Assembly (NCBI GenBank): GCA_964456065.1
Contig: CAYVYW010000007.1
Coordinates: forward strand, 14,042-78,041
Direction: 5' to 3'
DNA length: 64,000 nucleotides
Source: an uncultured Geobacteraceae bacterium
GTDB lineage: Bacteria > Desulfobacterota > Desulfuromonadia > Geobacterales > Pseudopelobacteraceae
Position 1 is the first letter of the stretch. Each line of letters starts with the position of its first letter. Made by a program: the position numbers and the translations under genes. Shown here one piece after another: positions 20,164 to 29,175 of the stretch. Below the pieces are notes generated by a model. The model worked only from the letters and a program-made list of their open reading frames with translations, had not been told where the DNA came from and did not search any database.

Positions 20164-21477
20164 TCAGGCAGCCCCCATGTTCATCAGATATTTGAAGGCG
20201 GGAATCAGCCGTATTATTTTACCGTCAAGCATAAGTTCTTCCTCATCCTCATAGGTTATGATCTCACCTCGATCCAATCCGGTCTCTTCCAGTGCCTTGA
20301 TCAGTGACCGCACTTCCCGGTTGCGTGTGTTCTCATCCCCTAATGTATGCACGACCTGGATCAATTGCGTGATCTTGCCGCCGGTACAGCAGGCGAAATC
20401 AACCTCAAGGCCATTTCCGGTCTTGTAGTAGTAAATTTCATGTCCCTGGCGTTTCAGATCAAGATAAACCTGATTTTCTAGGAGATGCCCAAGATTTTCA
20501 CTGAAGCTGAAACCAACGGCACCGGCCATCCCGGTGTCAATGGCATAGACCTTTTTCGGACTTTTGATTTGCTCCTTCACGGAAAAAGCAAAGGAGTCGA
20601 GCGTGAACAGCAGATAGGCATCGCTGAAATAACCCAGGTACTCCTTCACGGTCTTATCGTTAAGACCGACCAGCGCCGCCAACTTGTTAAAACTGTAGAG
20701 CGAGGAGATATTCGACGCCAAGTAGAAAAAGAGATTCTCCAGATCAACAGCCTTTTTGATGTTAAACCGGGGGACTATGTCCTGGTAGAGGATATTTCTG
20801 GCGTACATCACCAGAAGCTCTTTTTTTGTTTCCGGTAGATCCACCGTACTGGTCTCTGGGAACCCGCCAAAATGGAGGTAGTCGTCAAGAAGTTTACGCA
20901 GTCGGTTACGCTGTTTGGTCACTGCTACTGCATCGCTGATACTCAGTCCGTTGGCGGCAATAAACTCTGGAAAAGAAAATGGATACACCTCCACCGGCAT
21001 CGCCCGTCCGGAAAGGAGCGTGATGAACTCTGAGGTGAGCAGGTGTGAATTGGATCCGGTGACAATGAACTTTATCCCCTTCTGCTCATACTTAGCCTTG
21101 ACGAAAACCTGCCATTCAGGAAAGAAGTGCACCTCATCGAGACAGCAGTACACTGGACCCACCGGCGCAACCAGCTTCAGGTAATCGTCATAGGCCCGCT
21201 CAATGTAGGAAACATCGCTCCGGTGTCGGCTGAATTGCGGGTTTTCGAGGTTAAGAAAGAGTATATTCCGAGCGGGTACCCCCTTGTCGCGAATCAGGTG
21301 GTTAATCGTCTGCCGCATCAGCGTGCTCTTGCCTGACCGACGCACACCTACCAGCGCGACAATGTGGGGCAGATCCAGATAACCCTTTACCTTACCGAGA
21401 ATGCCGCGCGAGATCCCTTCCTGGTAGAGGGGCCCATCCCAATGGGGATTCTGGTCAACGATTACCGATTCAAACAT
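20164..21477 (-). CDS. AAA_14 + DUF4143 family ATPase
   Basis: Walker A VGVRRSGKST, Walker B CCLDEVH, and C-terminal architecture typical of the uncharacterised AAA_14/DUF4143 family. Confidence 0.75.
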   Translation of the reverse strand: MFESVIVDQNPHWDGPLYQEGISRGILGKVKGYLDLPHIVALVGVRRSGKSTLMRQTINHLIRDKGVPARNILFLNLENPQFSRHRSDVSYIERAYDDYLKLVAPVGPVYCCLDEVHFFPEWQVFVKAKYEQKGIKFIVTGSNSHLLTSEFITLLSGRAMPVEVYPFSFPEFIAANGLSISDAVAVTKQRNRLRKLLDDYLHFGGFPETSTVDLPETKKELLVMYARNILYQDIVPRFNIKKAVDLENLFFYLASNISSLYSFNKLAALVGLNDKTVKEYLGYFSDAYLLFTLDSFAFSVKEQIKSPKKVYAIDTGMAGAVGFSFSENLGHLLENQVYLDLKRQGHEIYYYKTGNGLEVDFACCTGGKITQLIQVVHTLGDENTRNREVRSLIKALEETGLDRGEIITYEDEEELMLDGKIIRLIPAFKYLMNMGAA

Positions 21478-21509
21478 AGGTTACTCCGAACTAAATCAGT
21501 TTTTTCCGT

Positions 21510-21537
21510 ATTATAGTACGAATAATATTCATTTCAA
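21510..21537 (-). promoter_or_regulatory. Sigma-70-type promoter for the AAA_14/DUF4143 ATPase gene
   Basis: The minus strand reads TTGAAA (21537-21532), a 16-nt spacer, then TATAAT (21515-21510). This is about 35 nt upstream of the ATG at 21477. Confidence 0.5.
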
Positions 21538-21930
21538 GCGAAATTATCAGCCTATCATCCACCATCATGCGGGCCGACCTTACGTATGTTGAACTGGTGA
21601 ATTCATTTGACTATGGCGTATTGATGGTGCCAATTAGTAGCCAAAACAGCCATCATGCGGTGAGGCATCCCAAACTAGAACCATTATGGTATACTAAATA
21701 TTGCCCTGCCATCAGTAATGCCAGCGCCAGTAGCACCATCTACTGTAAATCTGGTGTCGCCTCGGAATATCGTTTTTGGGCGGAGTGTCAGGATGTTGAG
21801 TATCAAGTGAGGACGAAGCTGTCGTAGGATTTACCGTTGGGCCATAGCAAAGCACTTTATTACACCACAGGCTACATACACCATGAAAGAAAAAGCACCC
21901 ACGGAATAACCCGTAAGTGCTTGACTGTAA

Positions 21931-22006
<76 letters not shown>

Positions 22007-22065
22007 GAAGGTTTCTTACCTATACCAAATAGGACTGCTTGTCAAGGAAAGGGGGAGCAGATCAT

Positions 22066-22890
22066 ATGGAGAGCCATGCATGGTTGCAGCAGGCGGCCGC
22101 ACTGATACGTAATGCAGAGGTGATTATTATTACCGCTGGCGCGGGCATGGGTGTTGATTCTGGGCTGCCTGATTTTAGGGGTAATCATGGTTTTTGGCAG
22201 GCGTATCCTCCGTATGCTGCCCTAGGGATGTCCTTTGTTGACTGTGCGAATCCCGACCATTTTGTACAGGACCCTGCCTTTGGCTGGGGCTTCTATGGAC
22301 ACCGCCTGCAGCAATATCGTGATACCATACCCCACCACGGTTTTAGTATTCTGAAATCGTGGTGTACGACAGAAGCACGAGCTAGCTGGGTTGTCACGTC
22401 GAATGTTGATGGCCAGTTTCAAAAAGCTGGTTTTGACGAACAAGCCTTGCTTGAGATTCATGGTTCAATTCACTGGTTACAATGTACAAAACCATGTGGT
22501 CGCCATGTCTGGGAGAATCATGAGCAGATACCTGTTGAGCGAACCACTATGCGTGCGAAGCATCTTCCCTCTTGTCACCGTTGTGGTGCCGTAAGCCGCC
22601 CTAATATTCTTATGTTTGGTGATTGGGGGTGGATCGCTGACCGCACCGAGCAGCAGCATACTGCTTTTAATGCTTTTTTAGAGGAGCAGTACGGCAGGCG
22701 TACGGTGGTGATTGAACTTGGTGCAGGAACAGCTATACCAAGTATTCGAGGTATGTCGGAGCGTCTTGGACGTCGCCCGGCGACGAGTGTTCTTCGAATA
22801 AATCTAAGGGAGTCATCGATTATTTCACCCCATATTGGCGTTGCCATGACAGCAGGGGAGGCTCTCGAACATTTGGGACGGATGGTATAG
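22066..22890 (+). CDS. SIR2-family NAD-dependent protein deacylase (sirtuin)
   Basis: ITAGAGMGVDSGLPDFRGNHGFW, TSNVDGQF, HGS, and Zn-ribbon Cys pairs CTKPC...CHRC. Start at ATG 22066, preceded by GGGGGAG, is preferred over the TTG at 22039. Confidence 0.85.
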   Translation: MESHAWLQQAAALIRNAEVIIITAGAGMGVDSGLPDFRGNHGFWQAYPPYAALGMSFVDCANPDHFVQDPAFGWGFYGHRLQQYRDTIPHHGFSILKSWCTTEARASWVVTSNVDGQFQKAGFDEQALLEIHGSIHWLQCTKPCGRHVWENHEQIPVERTTMRAKHLPSCHRCGAVSRPNILMFGDWGWIADRTEQQHTAFNAFLEEQYGRRTVVIELGAGTAIPSIRGMSERLGRRPATSVLRINLRESSIISPHIGVAMTAGEALEHLGRMV

Positions 22891-22891
22891 G

Positions 22892-23692
22892 CTAGCTGTC
22901 TTCTAGCTGGAAGCGTATCGGGAGTATGACACGCATGCTAACCGGTTTGCCGTCTCGACGGCCTGCGGTGAAGCGAGATTGTTTGATGGCCTGTATGGCT
23001 GCTTCGGCAAAGCCAAATCCTGGGTCTTTGAGAAGTTCACAATGCTGTAGTACTCCCGTCTCACTGATGGTGAGCCGGAGTTGGACAACTCCTTCCCGTT
23101 GGCGTCGACGGGCCTGCGCAGGATACTCAGGCATCACTCGGTGCCGAAACGAGGGGCCGTCCCCTTGTCCAAAAACGCCCTCAACCACCTGTGAACCACC
23201 ACCAGCTAAGCCTGTGCTCCCCTTAGAGACGCTCTCGCTCTTTCCACTATGACGTGTCGGGTCACCAATTGTAGCTTTGTGTGATGCTGTGCTTGTTGTG
23301 CCCGTGTGGGTGGAAGGACTGACATTTGTTATGCTGGCAGTAGCTTCTGTTAAACGCTTTGGTGTAGAGAGCACCGTTGGCGCGCTGGCGGATGGTGGCA
23401 CAGCGGCATGTTGTGATGAGCGAATGGTTGGTGAGGGAGTGCCGACTGAAGATGCGGTAGCGTTATGTGTGCCACTGGCCGGACTACTGCCTAGGGTTAT
23501 CATGACGGCACTGCTAAGACTGTGGTCATGGGTTTTATATCTACCGTAGAACAGATAGAGTGCCAGTAAGAGATGTAGTATGCATGAGAAGGCGAGCCAC
23601 AGGCGCATGCGCTGTGGCACAAATTGAGCCAAACGCTCTGTAATGGTATTTCCATTTGGGCGCTTCGTATCAAAAGGAGACTTCTTGGGCAT
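22892..23692 (-). CDS. TonB-family energy transducer (orphan; Ser/Thr-rich linker)
   Basis: N-terminal TM (LWLAFSCILHLLLALYLFY) and a C-terminal TonB domain (PEYPAQARRRQREGVVQLRLTISETG...FTAGRRDGKPV). Confidence 0.8.
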   Translation of the reverse strand: MPKKSPFDTKRPNGNTITERLAQFVPQRMRLWLAFSCILHLLLALYLFYGRYKTHDHSLSSAVMITLGSSPASGTHNATASSVGTPSPTIRSSQHAAVPPSASAPTVLSTPKRLTEATASITNVSPSTHTGTTSTASHKATIGDPTRHSGKSESVSKGSTGLAGGGSQVVEGVFGQGDGPSFRHRVMPEYPAQARRRQREGVVQLRLTISETGVLQHCELLKDPGFGFAEAAIQAIKQSRFTAGRRDGKPVSMRVILPIRFQLEDS

Positions 23693-23733
23693 GATACAGA
23701 TGACTATACACCAAAGGGCGTGTCATTTAAACG

Positions 23734-23763
23734 AAAACGGCTCCTTATAGAAGGAGCCGTTTT
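23734..23763 (-). terminator. Rho-independent terminator after thiC (hairpin usable on both strands)
   Basis: AAAACGGCTCC-loop-GGAGCCGTTTT inverted repeat between the thiC stop and the TonB start, with a T-run on the minus-strand RNA. Confidence 0.6.
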
Positions 23764-23782
23764 CTGCATCTATTATCCCAGT

Positions 23783-25075
23783 TTATTTACGAGCCATGGC
23801 GCTATCCATAACTTTATAGGCACAGAATTCGCCGCACATCGTGCAGGCACCATGCTCAGCTACTGGTGAGTTGGCACGATACTCACGAGCTTTGTCCGGA
23901 TCGAGTGCCATGGCGAACTGGCCTTCCCAATCGAGTTTTTTCCGGGCAAGAGCCATGGCATTGTCCTTCTCGATGGCGCCCGGAACACCCTTGGCAATGT
24001 CGGCGGCATGGGCAGCGATGCGCGAAGCGATAACGCCGTCTCGGACATCATTGATTTCCGGCAGGGCGAGATGTTCCGCTGGGGTGACGTAGCAAAGGAA
24101 GTCAGCACCAGCAGCGCCGGCAATAGCTCCACCGATAGCACAGGTGATGTGATCATAGCCTGGTGCAATGTCGGTAACCAGAGGCCCGAGGACATAGAAC
24201 GGAGCACCGTGGCAGAGACGTTTTTGCAGCTGAATATTTGTCTGAATCTGTTGTAAGGGGACATGGCCCGGGCCTTCAATCATGACCTGTACACCTGCGT
24301 CCCATGCCCGTTGGGTCAATTCTCCCAAAATAATCAGCTCCTGGATTTGGGCCCGGTCGGTGGCGTCAGCCAAGCAGCCAGGGCGGAAACCGTCGCCAAG
24401 GGACAGCGTTGCGTCATAGCGCTTGGTTATTTCCAGAAGACGATCAAAGTGCTCATAGAGAGGGTTCTCTTTGTTGTTGTAACTCATCCATTCGATGGTA
24501 AAGGCACCACCCCGTGAAACAACATCCATAATCCGGCCTTCACGGCGCATGCGCTCGACGGTCGCCTGTGTTACACCGCAGTGAACGGTGATGAAGTCAA
24601 CACCGTCATCGAGGTGCTTGATGATCCCTTCGAAAATATCATCTACGGTCATATCCACGAGGGCTTTTTTCTTTATACGTACGGTGTCTGTAGCGGCCTG
24701 ATAGAGGGGGACGGAGCCAATACATGCCGTTGTTTCGGCAACGATGGCACGTCTAATCTCATCAACCGGTCCACCTGTTGAAAGGTCCATTATGGCATCT
24801 GCACCGTATTTCACGGCGACGCGTGCTTTTTCCAGTTCCTTGGTGATATCAGTGTCATCTGCTGAAGTACCAATGTTGGCATTTACTTTTGTACGCAGGC
24901 CGGCTCCGACAGCTAAGGGAATACCGTGGGGATGGGTCTTGTCATTATGACAAATAATCATGGTCCCCTTGGCTATTCCGGCCCGAAGGAATTCTGGTTC
25001 AACGCCTTCCGCCTGTGCCGCGACTCTCATTTTGTCCGTTATAATGCCCTTACGTGCTGCTTCAAGCTGGGTCAT
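23783..25075 (-). CDS. thiC: Phosphomethylpyrimidine synthase
   Basis: MTQLEAARKGIITDKM..., ...GTVPIYQ-like SVPLYQA... and a C-terminal CTMCGEFC Fe-S motif. Start at 25075. It overlaps the thiED 3' end by 14 nt. Confidence 0.93.
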   Translation of the reverse strand: MTQLEAARKGIITDKMRVAAQAEGVEPEFLRAGIAKGTMIICHNDKTHPHGIPLAVGAGLRTKVNANIGTSADDTDITKELEKARVAVKYGADAIMDLSTGGPVDEIRRAIVAETTACIGSVPLYQAATDTVRIKKKALVDMTVDDIFEGIIKHLDDGVDFITVHCGVTQATVERMRREGRIMDVVSRGGAFTIEWMSYNNKENPLYEHFDRLLEITKRYDATLSLGDGFRPGCLADATDRAQIQELIILGELTQRAWDAGVQVMIEGPGHVPLQQIQTNIQLQKRLCHGAPFYVLGPLVTDIAPGYDHITCAIGGAIAGAAGADFLCYVTPAEHLALPEINDVRDGVIASRIAAHAADIAKGVPGAIEKDNAMALARKKLDWEGQFAMALDPDKAREYRANSPVAEHGACTMCGEFCAYKVMDSAMARK

Positions 25076-26543
25076 GCTGTAACTCCTTTGCTGCAAGGTA
25101 ATGGTTGATGGGACTATGCCCTTTTCCAATGGGACGTGCTGACCTAATCGCCCGGATAATAAATTCTTTTGCCTGTGTTACCGCCGTTACCAGGGGTTCT
25201 CCTTGTGCCAGAAAGGCCGCTATGGCTGATGCATAACTACAGCCGGTTCCGTGCGTTGCTGTGGTGGCAATTCTCTCGCCTGAAAAATGATGTATGTTTT
25301 TACCGTCAAACAAAACATCCACGGCACGCGCTCCGTTGAGATGTCCCCCTTTAATTAATACGTTTGCTGCTCCCATCGCGACAAGGTCACGAGCTGCCTC
25401 TTCCATCTGGCTGATGGTGGTTATGGGGCGGCCCAGCAATTCCTCTGCCTCAGGTAGGTTTGGCGTTAAAAGGTAGGTTAGGGGGAGTAATTCGGCGCAG
25501 AAGACCGAAACTGCTTCCCGTGCTAGGAGCGATGCACCACCCTTTGCAACCATTACCGGGTCGATGACCGTTGGAATATAGTGTGGTAGATCACGAAGAT
25601 ATTCAGCTAACATGGCTGTGACGGCAGGGGTGTGGAGCATCCCTGTTTTAATCACGTCTACGGGCAGGTCACTAACGACAGCCTCAATCTGATCTCGGAT
25701 ACAGGAAGGGGGGATGGCGTGTACGCCATGGACGCCGATGGTGTTCTGGATGGTTAAGGCGGTAATAGCGCTTGAGGCATAGCTGCCGAGGAGTGTTATG
25801 ACTTTGATGTCAGCCTGAACGCCAGCTCCGCCACCACTATCACTTCCAGCGACACTTAAAACGCCACCGCGCGGCAAAGGCAGTTTACGGTTGCCGATCA
25901 GGCGTAGTTCTGCTGCTGCAACCATTGGGTTCTTGGCAGATAAGACTGCAGAGATGACGGCAATGCCGTCTGCGCCGGCATCAATGACCCTGCAGGCATT
26001 GCTTGGAGTTATGCCACCGATGGCAATAATAGGAATGTGGATGGCTTGACGAATAGCACCTAGTCCTGCCACCCCTGGCATATGGATAACGTCCTTGGAT
26101 CCCGTTGGGAACATGGCACCAAAGCCAATGTAGCTGGCACCATCCGCCTGAGCCCGTTCGGCTTCAGCAAGATTATGGGTTGATACACCAATCAGTGCCT
26201 GCTCTCCCATGCGTTGGCGAGCTTCGGCTACGGTACCATCATCCTGTCCTAAATGGACACCATCTGCGTGCAGTGAAAGTGCTATATCTATGGAATCATT
26301 TACAATAAACGGTACGCCGTAGCGTTGGCACTGTGAGCGAATGGCCTCTGCTTCACACCGGTCAGCTTCTGAGAGTACTCCCTTGTGACGATACTGAACA
26401 GCACAGACACCACCGCGTAATGCTGCTTCGATCCGCTCGGTGAGGCCCTCGCCCTGGTCAGTAATTAAATAGACGCCGTTCAGAGAAAAACTCTGGTCAT
26501 GCCTTGTCGCTACAATATGCAGAGGATGGGCATCGTGTGCCAT
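25062..26543 (-). CDS. Fused thiamine-phosphate synthase / hydroxymethylpyrimidine (phosphate) kinase (ThiE-ThiD)
   Basis: The N-terminal half resembles ThiE (LYLITD..., VQYRHK, GVSTH, IIAIGGI). The C-terminal half resembles ThiD (LSVAGSDSGGGAGVQADIK..., HGTGCSYASAIAA). Confidence 0.9.
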   Translation of the reverse strand: MAHDAHPLHIVATRHDQSFSLNGVYLITDQGEGLTERIEAALRGGVCAVQYRHKGVLSEADRCEAEAIRSQCQRYGVPFIVNDSIDIALSLHADGVHLGQDDGTVAEARQRMGEQALIGVSTHNLAEAERAQADGASYIGFGAMFPTGSKDVIHMPGVAGLGAIRQAIHIPIIAIGGITPSNACRVIDAGADGIAVISAVLSAKNPMVAAAELRLIGNRKLPLPRGGVLSVAGSDSGGGAGVQADIKVITLLGSYASSAITALTIQNTIGVHGVHAIPPSCIRDQIEAVVSDLPVDVIKTGMLHTPAVTAMLAEYLRDLPHYIPTVIDPVMVAKGGASLLAREAVSVFCAELLPLTYLLTPNLPEAEELLGRPITTISQMEEAARDLVAMGAANVLIKGGHLNGARAVDVLFDGKNIHHFSGERIATTATHGTGCSYASAIAAFLAQGEPLVTAVTQAKEFIIRAIRSARPIGKGHSPINHYLAAKELQHDPA

Positions 26544-26555
26544 GTTTCACTCCAT

Positions 26556-26595
26556 AAAAACAAAAAACCGCACTGTCTCATCTTAGGACAGGCGG
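26556..26595 (-). terminator. Intrinsic terminator forming the expression platform of the TPP riboswitch
   Basis: The minus-strand RNA reads CCGCCUGUC-CUAAGAUGA-GACAG(U)GCGG followed by UUUUUUGUUUUU. It ends about 12 nt before the thiED RBS (GGAG) and start. Confidence 0.7.
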
Positions 26596-26632
26596 CGTGC
26601 ACCTCAGCACATCTTGAGGTATGGTGTCACAT

Positions 26633-26726
26633 ACGCCGCTTTCCTCCGCCGGCACTACCCGGTTCAGGTTCAAGGGGTTTGGCTATTGCCGTCTCAGCCT
26701 CGTCGTGCAAGGCTCCCCCAGGGCTT
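26633..26726 (-). promoter_or_regulatory. TPP (THI-box) riboswitch aptamer
   Basis: The minus strand reads CUGGGGGAGCC...GGCUGAGA...ACCCCUUGAACCUGAACCGGGUAGUGCCGGCGGAGGAAAG. This matches the conserved THI element core (CUGAGA, ACCUGA...GCC.GCG.AGGGAA). Confidence 0.88.
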
Positions 26727-26730
26727 GTTG

Positions 26731-26759
26731 ACTATGCCTAAATCACAACCTTCTGTCAA
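26731..26759 (-). promoter_or_regulatory. Candidate sigma-70 promoter of the thi operon
   Basis: The minus strand reads TTGACA (26759-26754), a 17-nt spacer, then CATAGT (26736-26731), immediately upstream of the riboswitch. Confidence 0.45.
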
Positions 26760-26874
26760 TATGAGAATTCCTTGCCGAGAGTGGTGTCGTTGAGGAACTG
26801 GAATCCTCTCTCGTATACGAAATCGTTGGAGGTTTCGGATTGCCCGTGACGCATGGTCGTGCTATCGTACGGGC

Positions 26875-28017
26875 ATGCAAGAAAGTAGACCAACATTCGC
26901 TGAGATTGATCTTGGTGCCCTGCGGAACAACTACCGGTTGATACGTGAACGTATTCCTGCAAGAACAAAGCTATTGGCTGTTGTTAAGGCGGATGCATAC
27001 GGCCACGGTTTTCTTGAAGTCAGCCGAGAGTTGGAGCGTCAAGGCGTTGATGCGTTTGGTGTTGCCTTTTTAGCTGAGGCGATTCAGTTGCGTAAAAGTG
27101 GTATTGATAAGCCGCTACTCCTGCTAGGGGGGATGTACCCCGGCCAGGAGCGTAAATGCATTGGATTTAATATCTCTTCCGCGGTATTTTCCATTGAACA
27201 GGTCAGGCTTTTGGACCATGCTGCTGCCCGGCTTTTCCGTAAGGCCTCAATCCATATAAAGTTAGATACAGGTATGGGGCGACTAGGTGTTCCCTTTGAT
27301 GAGCTTCCGGCTTTTCTTGAGGAGCTCAGCTCCTGTCACCATATTGCGGTAGACGGGCTCTTCTCCCATTTTGCCTCGGCAGATGAGGGGGATGAGGAGG
27401 GTCGTTACTTTACCGATTTACAGGTTGCACGTTTTGAAGCAGCCGTAGCCCAATTACATGCAGCGGGCTATACACCACCCTATATCCACATTGCTAATAG
27501 CGCCGGTGCTCTATGGGAGCGTTGTCCTGCCTGTACGATGGTTCGTCCGGGTATAGTCCTTTATGGTGCGCTGCCTTCGCTAGATTTTGCTGGACAGGTA
27601 AAGCTTGAGCCGGTTTTGCGTTTGCGCAGTGCCATCGCCATGATGAAATGGGTTGAGCCTGGCACCACTATTAGCTATGGTCGACGTTTTACCGCGGGAC
27701 GTCGCTGTCGCATTGCCAGTGTACCTGTCGGGTACGCCGACGGGTATCCCCGGGCTCTGACCAATAAAGGTGAAGTACTTATTCGCGGGCAGCGGGTGCC
27801 GGTTGTCGGAACGGTCTGTATGGACTGGCTGATGGTGGATGTTACTGATATCCCCGATGTGCGGGTTGGTGATGAAGTCACGTTATGGGGCGTTGACCGT
27901 CATGGTCATGCCCTTTATGCAGAAGAAGTTGCAGAGCGCTCGAACACGATTGCCTACGAGTTGCTCTGTGGTGTGTCTAAGCGTGTGCCACGCGTCTATA
28001 TTAACACTGGGAGCTAA
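26875..28017 (+). CDS. alr: Alanine racemase
   Basis: [12 protein letters not shown]...[13 protein letters not shown] (PLP lysine motif) and ...SYGRRF...GYADGYPR. Confidence 0.93.
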   Translation: MQESRPTFAEIDLGALRNNYRLIRERIPARTKLLAVVKADAYGHGFLEVSRELERQGVDAFGVAFLAEAIQLRKSGIDKPLLLLGGMYPGQERKCIGFNISSAVFSIEQVRLLDHAAARLFRKASIHIKLDTGMGRLGVPFDELPAFLEELSSCHHIAVDGLFSHFASADEGDEEGRYFTDLQVARFEAAVAQLHAAGYTPPYIHIANSAGALWERCPACTMVRPGIVLYGALPSLDFAGQVKLEPVLRLRSAIAMMKWVEPGTTISYGRRFTAGRRCRIASVPVGYADGYPRALTNKGEVLIRGQRVPVVGTVCMDWLMVDVTDIPDVRVGDEVTLWGVDRHGHALYAEEVAERSNTIAYELLCGVSKRVPRVYINTGS

Positions 28018-28024
28018 TCAAGGT

Positions 28025-29065
28025 ATGACGAACAAGAAAATCCGCCTGACCCAAATGGTCACGGCAGCCGGCTGAGCTGCTAAGCTAGGCCCGGAGGGCC
28101 TTGCCGAAGCGTTGGCTGGACTTGAACGTCCGGCCGACCCATACCTGCTCGTGGGACCTGAAACGTCCGATGATGGGGGTGTCTATTTCCTGCGTCCGGA
28201 TTGCGCCTTAGTGGAAAGCTGTGATGTTATAACACCGCCCGCCGATGATCCGCGAGCATTTGGTAGGATTGCAGCTGCGAATGCACTCTCTGATGTGTAT
28301 GCAATGGGTGGTCTGCCTCTCACGGCAATGAATATTGTCTTTTTTCCCCTCTGTTCTCTTGAGCCATGGGTACTCAGCGAGGTTTTAATGGGGGGGCAGG
28401 AGGCCTTGAATGAAGCTGGCTGCTGTCTGGTTGGCGGTCACACCGTTGAGGATGCAGAGATAAAATACGGTATGGCCATAACCGGCACCGTACATCCTGA
28501 TCATATTATTAAGAATGCGACGGCCCGGGTTGGTGATCGCCTTGTATTGACCAAGCCTTTGGGCAGCGGGATTTTAAATACTGCGGTAAAGGGTGGCTTG
28601 GCTACACCCGACCAAGAGCAGGAAGTCGTTGCCTGGATGGGGACCTTAAACCGGTTAGCTGCGGAGATTATGCGTCAGTGTGAGCCTTCGGCCTGTACGG
28701 ATGTAACCGGCTTTGGTTTAGTGGGGCATGCCAGTGAGATGGCCAACGGTGCCGGGGTTACGGTACATTTGCAACTTGATGCCATACCGCTTATGGGCGG
28801 TGTTATGGAACAGATTGCAGATGGTATGGTTCCTGCCGGCTGCTATCAAAACCGTAGCTTCTATCTCGGCAGTGTCAAGGCGGATGCACTGCCGGAAGAT
28901 CGTCTGCTGCCGCTTTTCGATCCACAAACTTCAGGGGGGCTTCTCATCGCACTATCGCCGCTTCAGGCAGAGCGTTTCGCTGAAATGGCGGCCCAGCAAG
29001 GTGTTTTCTGTCACGTTATCGGGGAGATTCTTCCCCGTGGTGATCATGCGGTACTTCTCACGTAA
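28025..29065 (+). CDS. selD: Selenide, water dikinase (selenophosphate synthetase) with in-frame UGA = selenocysteine
   Basis: ATG 28025 gives [16 protein letters not shown], then TGA (28073-28075), then [37 protein letters not shown]... The track ORF 28112-29065 is in the same frame (28112-28025=87). The UGA sits where SelD proteins carry the catalytic Cys/Sec (G-C/U-x-x-K). AIR-synthase-like domains follow. Confidence 0.85.
28084..28104 (+). promoter_or_regulatory. SECIS-like hairpin of selD
   Basis: AGGCCC-GGA-GGGCCU (28087-28101), extendable by GC/GC (28084-28104), begins 11 nt after the UGA. The apical loop is G-rich. Confidence 0.6.
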
Positions 29066-29120
29066 CCTGTTGTGAAATGCTTGGCACAGGACGAAAAAAT
29101 TGCTACATACATACGGTTTT

Positions 29121-29146
29121 CTCTGGCATTTGCCAGAGGTGTTTTT
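29121..29146 (+). terminator. Rho-independent terminator after selD
   Basis: CTCTGGCA-TT-TGCCAGAG perfect inverted repeat followed by GTGTTTTT. Confidence 0.65.
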
Positions 29147-29175
29147 GATCTGACTATCCATAGGAGAGGTGTACC

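Noticed and set aside
21567-21827. 86-aa ORF in the non-coding gap next to tRNA-Thr
   Set aside because: It has no Shine-Dalgarno sequence, no recognisable motif and a Cys/Tyr/Trp-rich odd composition. It is kept only as part of the possible decayed-islet observation.
22066-22890. SIR2-domain protein near a tRNA and an AAA ATPase as a possible anti-phage (Thoeris/DSR/SIR2-HerA-like) module
   Set aside because: The protein is a compact canonical sirtuin with the Zn-ribbon Cys pairs and catalytic His. It has no fused effector or sensor domain and no TIR/HerA/pAgo partner. The ATPase is separated from it by the tRNA gene and lies on the opposite strand.
29082-29103. TGGCAC ... TTGC upstream of purH as a sigma-54 promoter
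   Set aside because: The GG and GC elements are separated by 17 nt instead of the required 10, and the sequence lies before the selD terminator.
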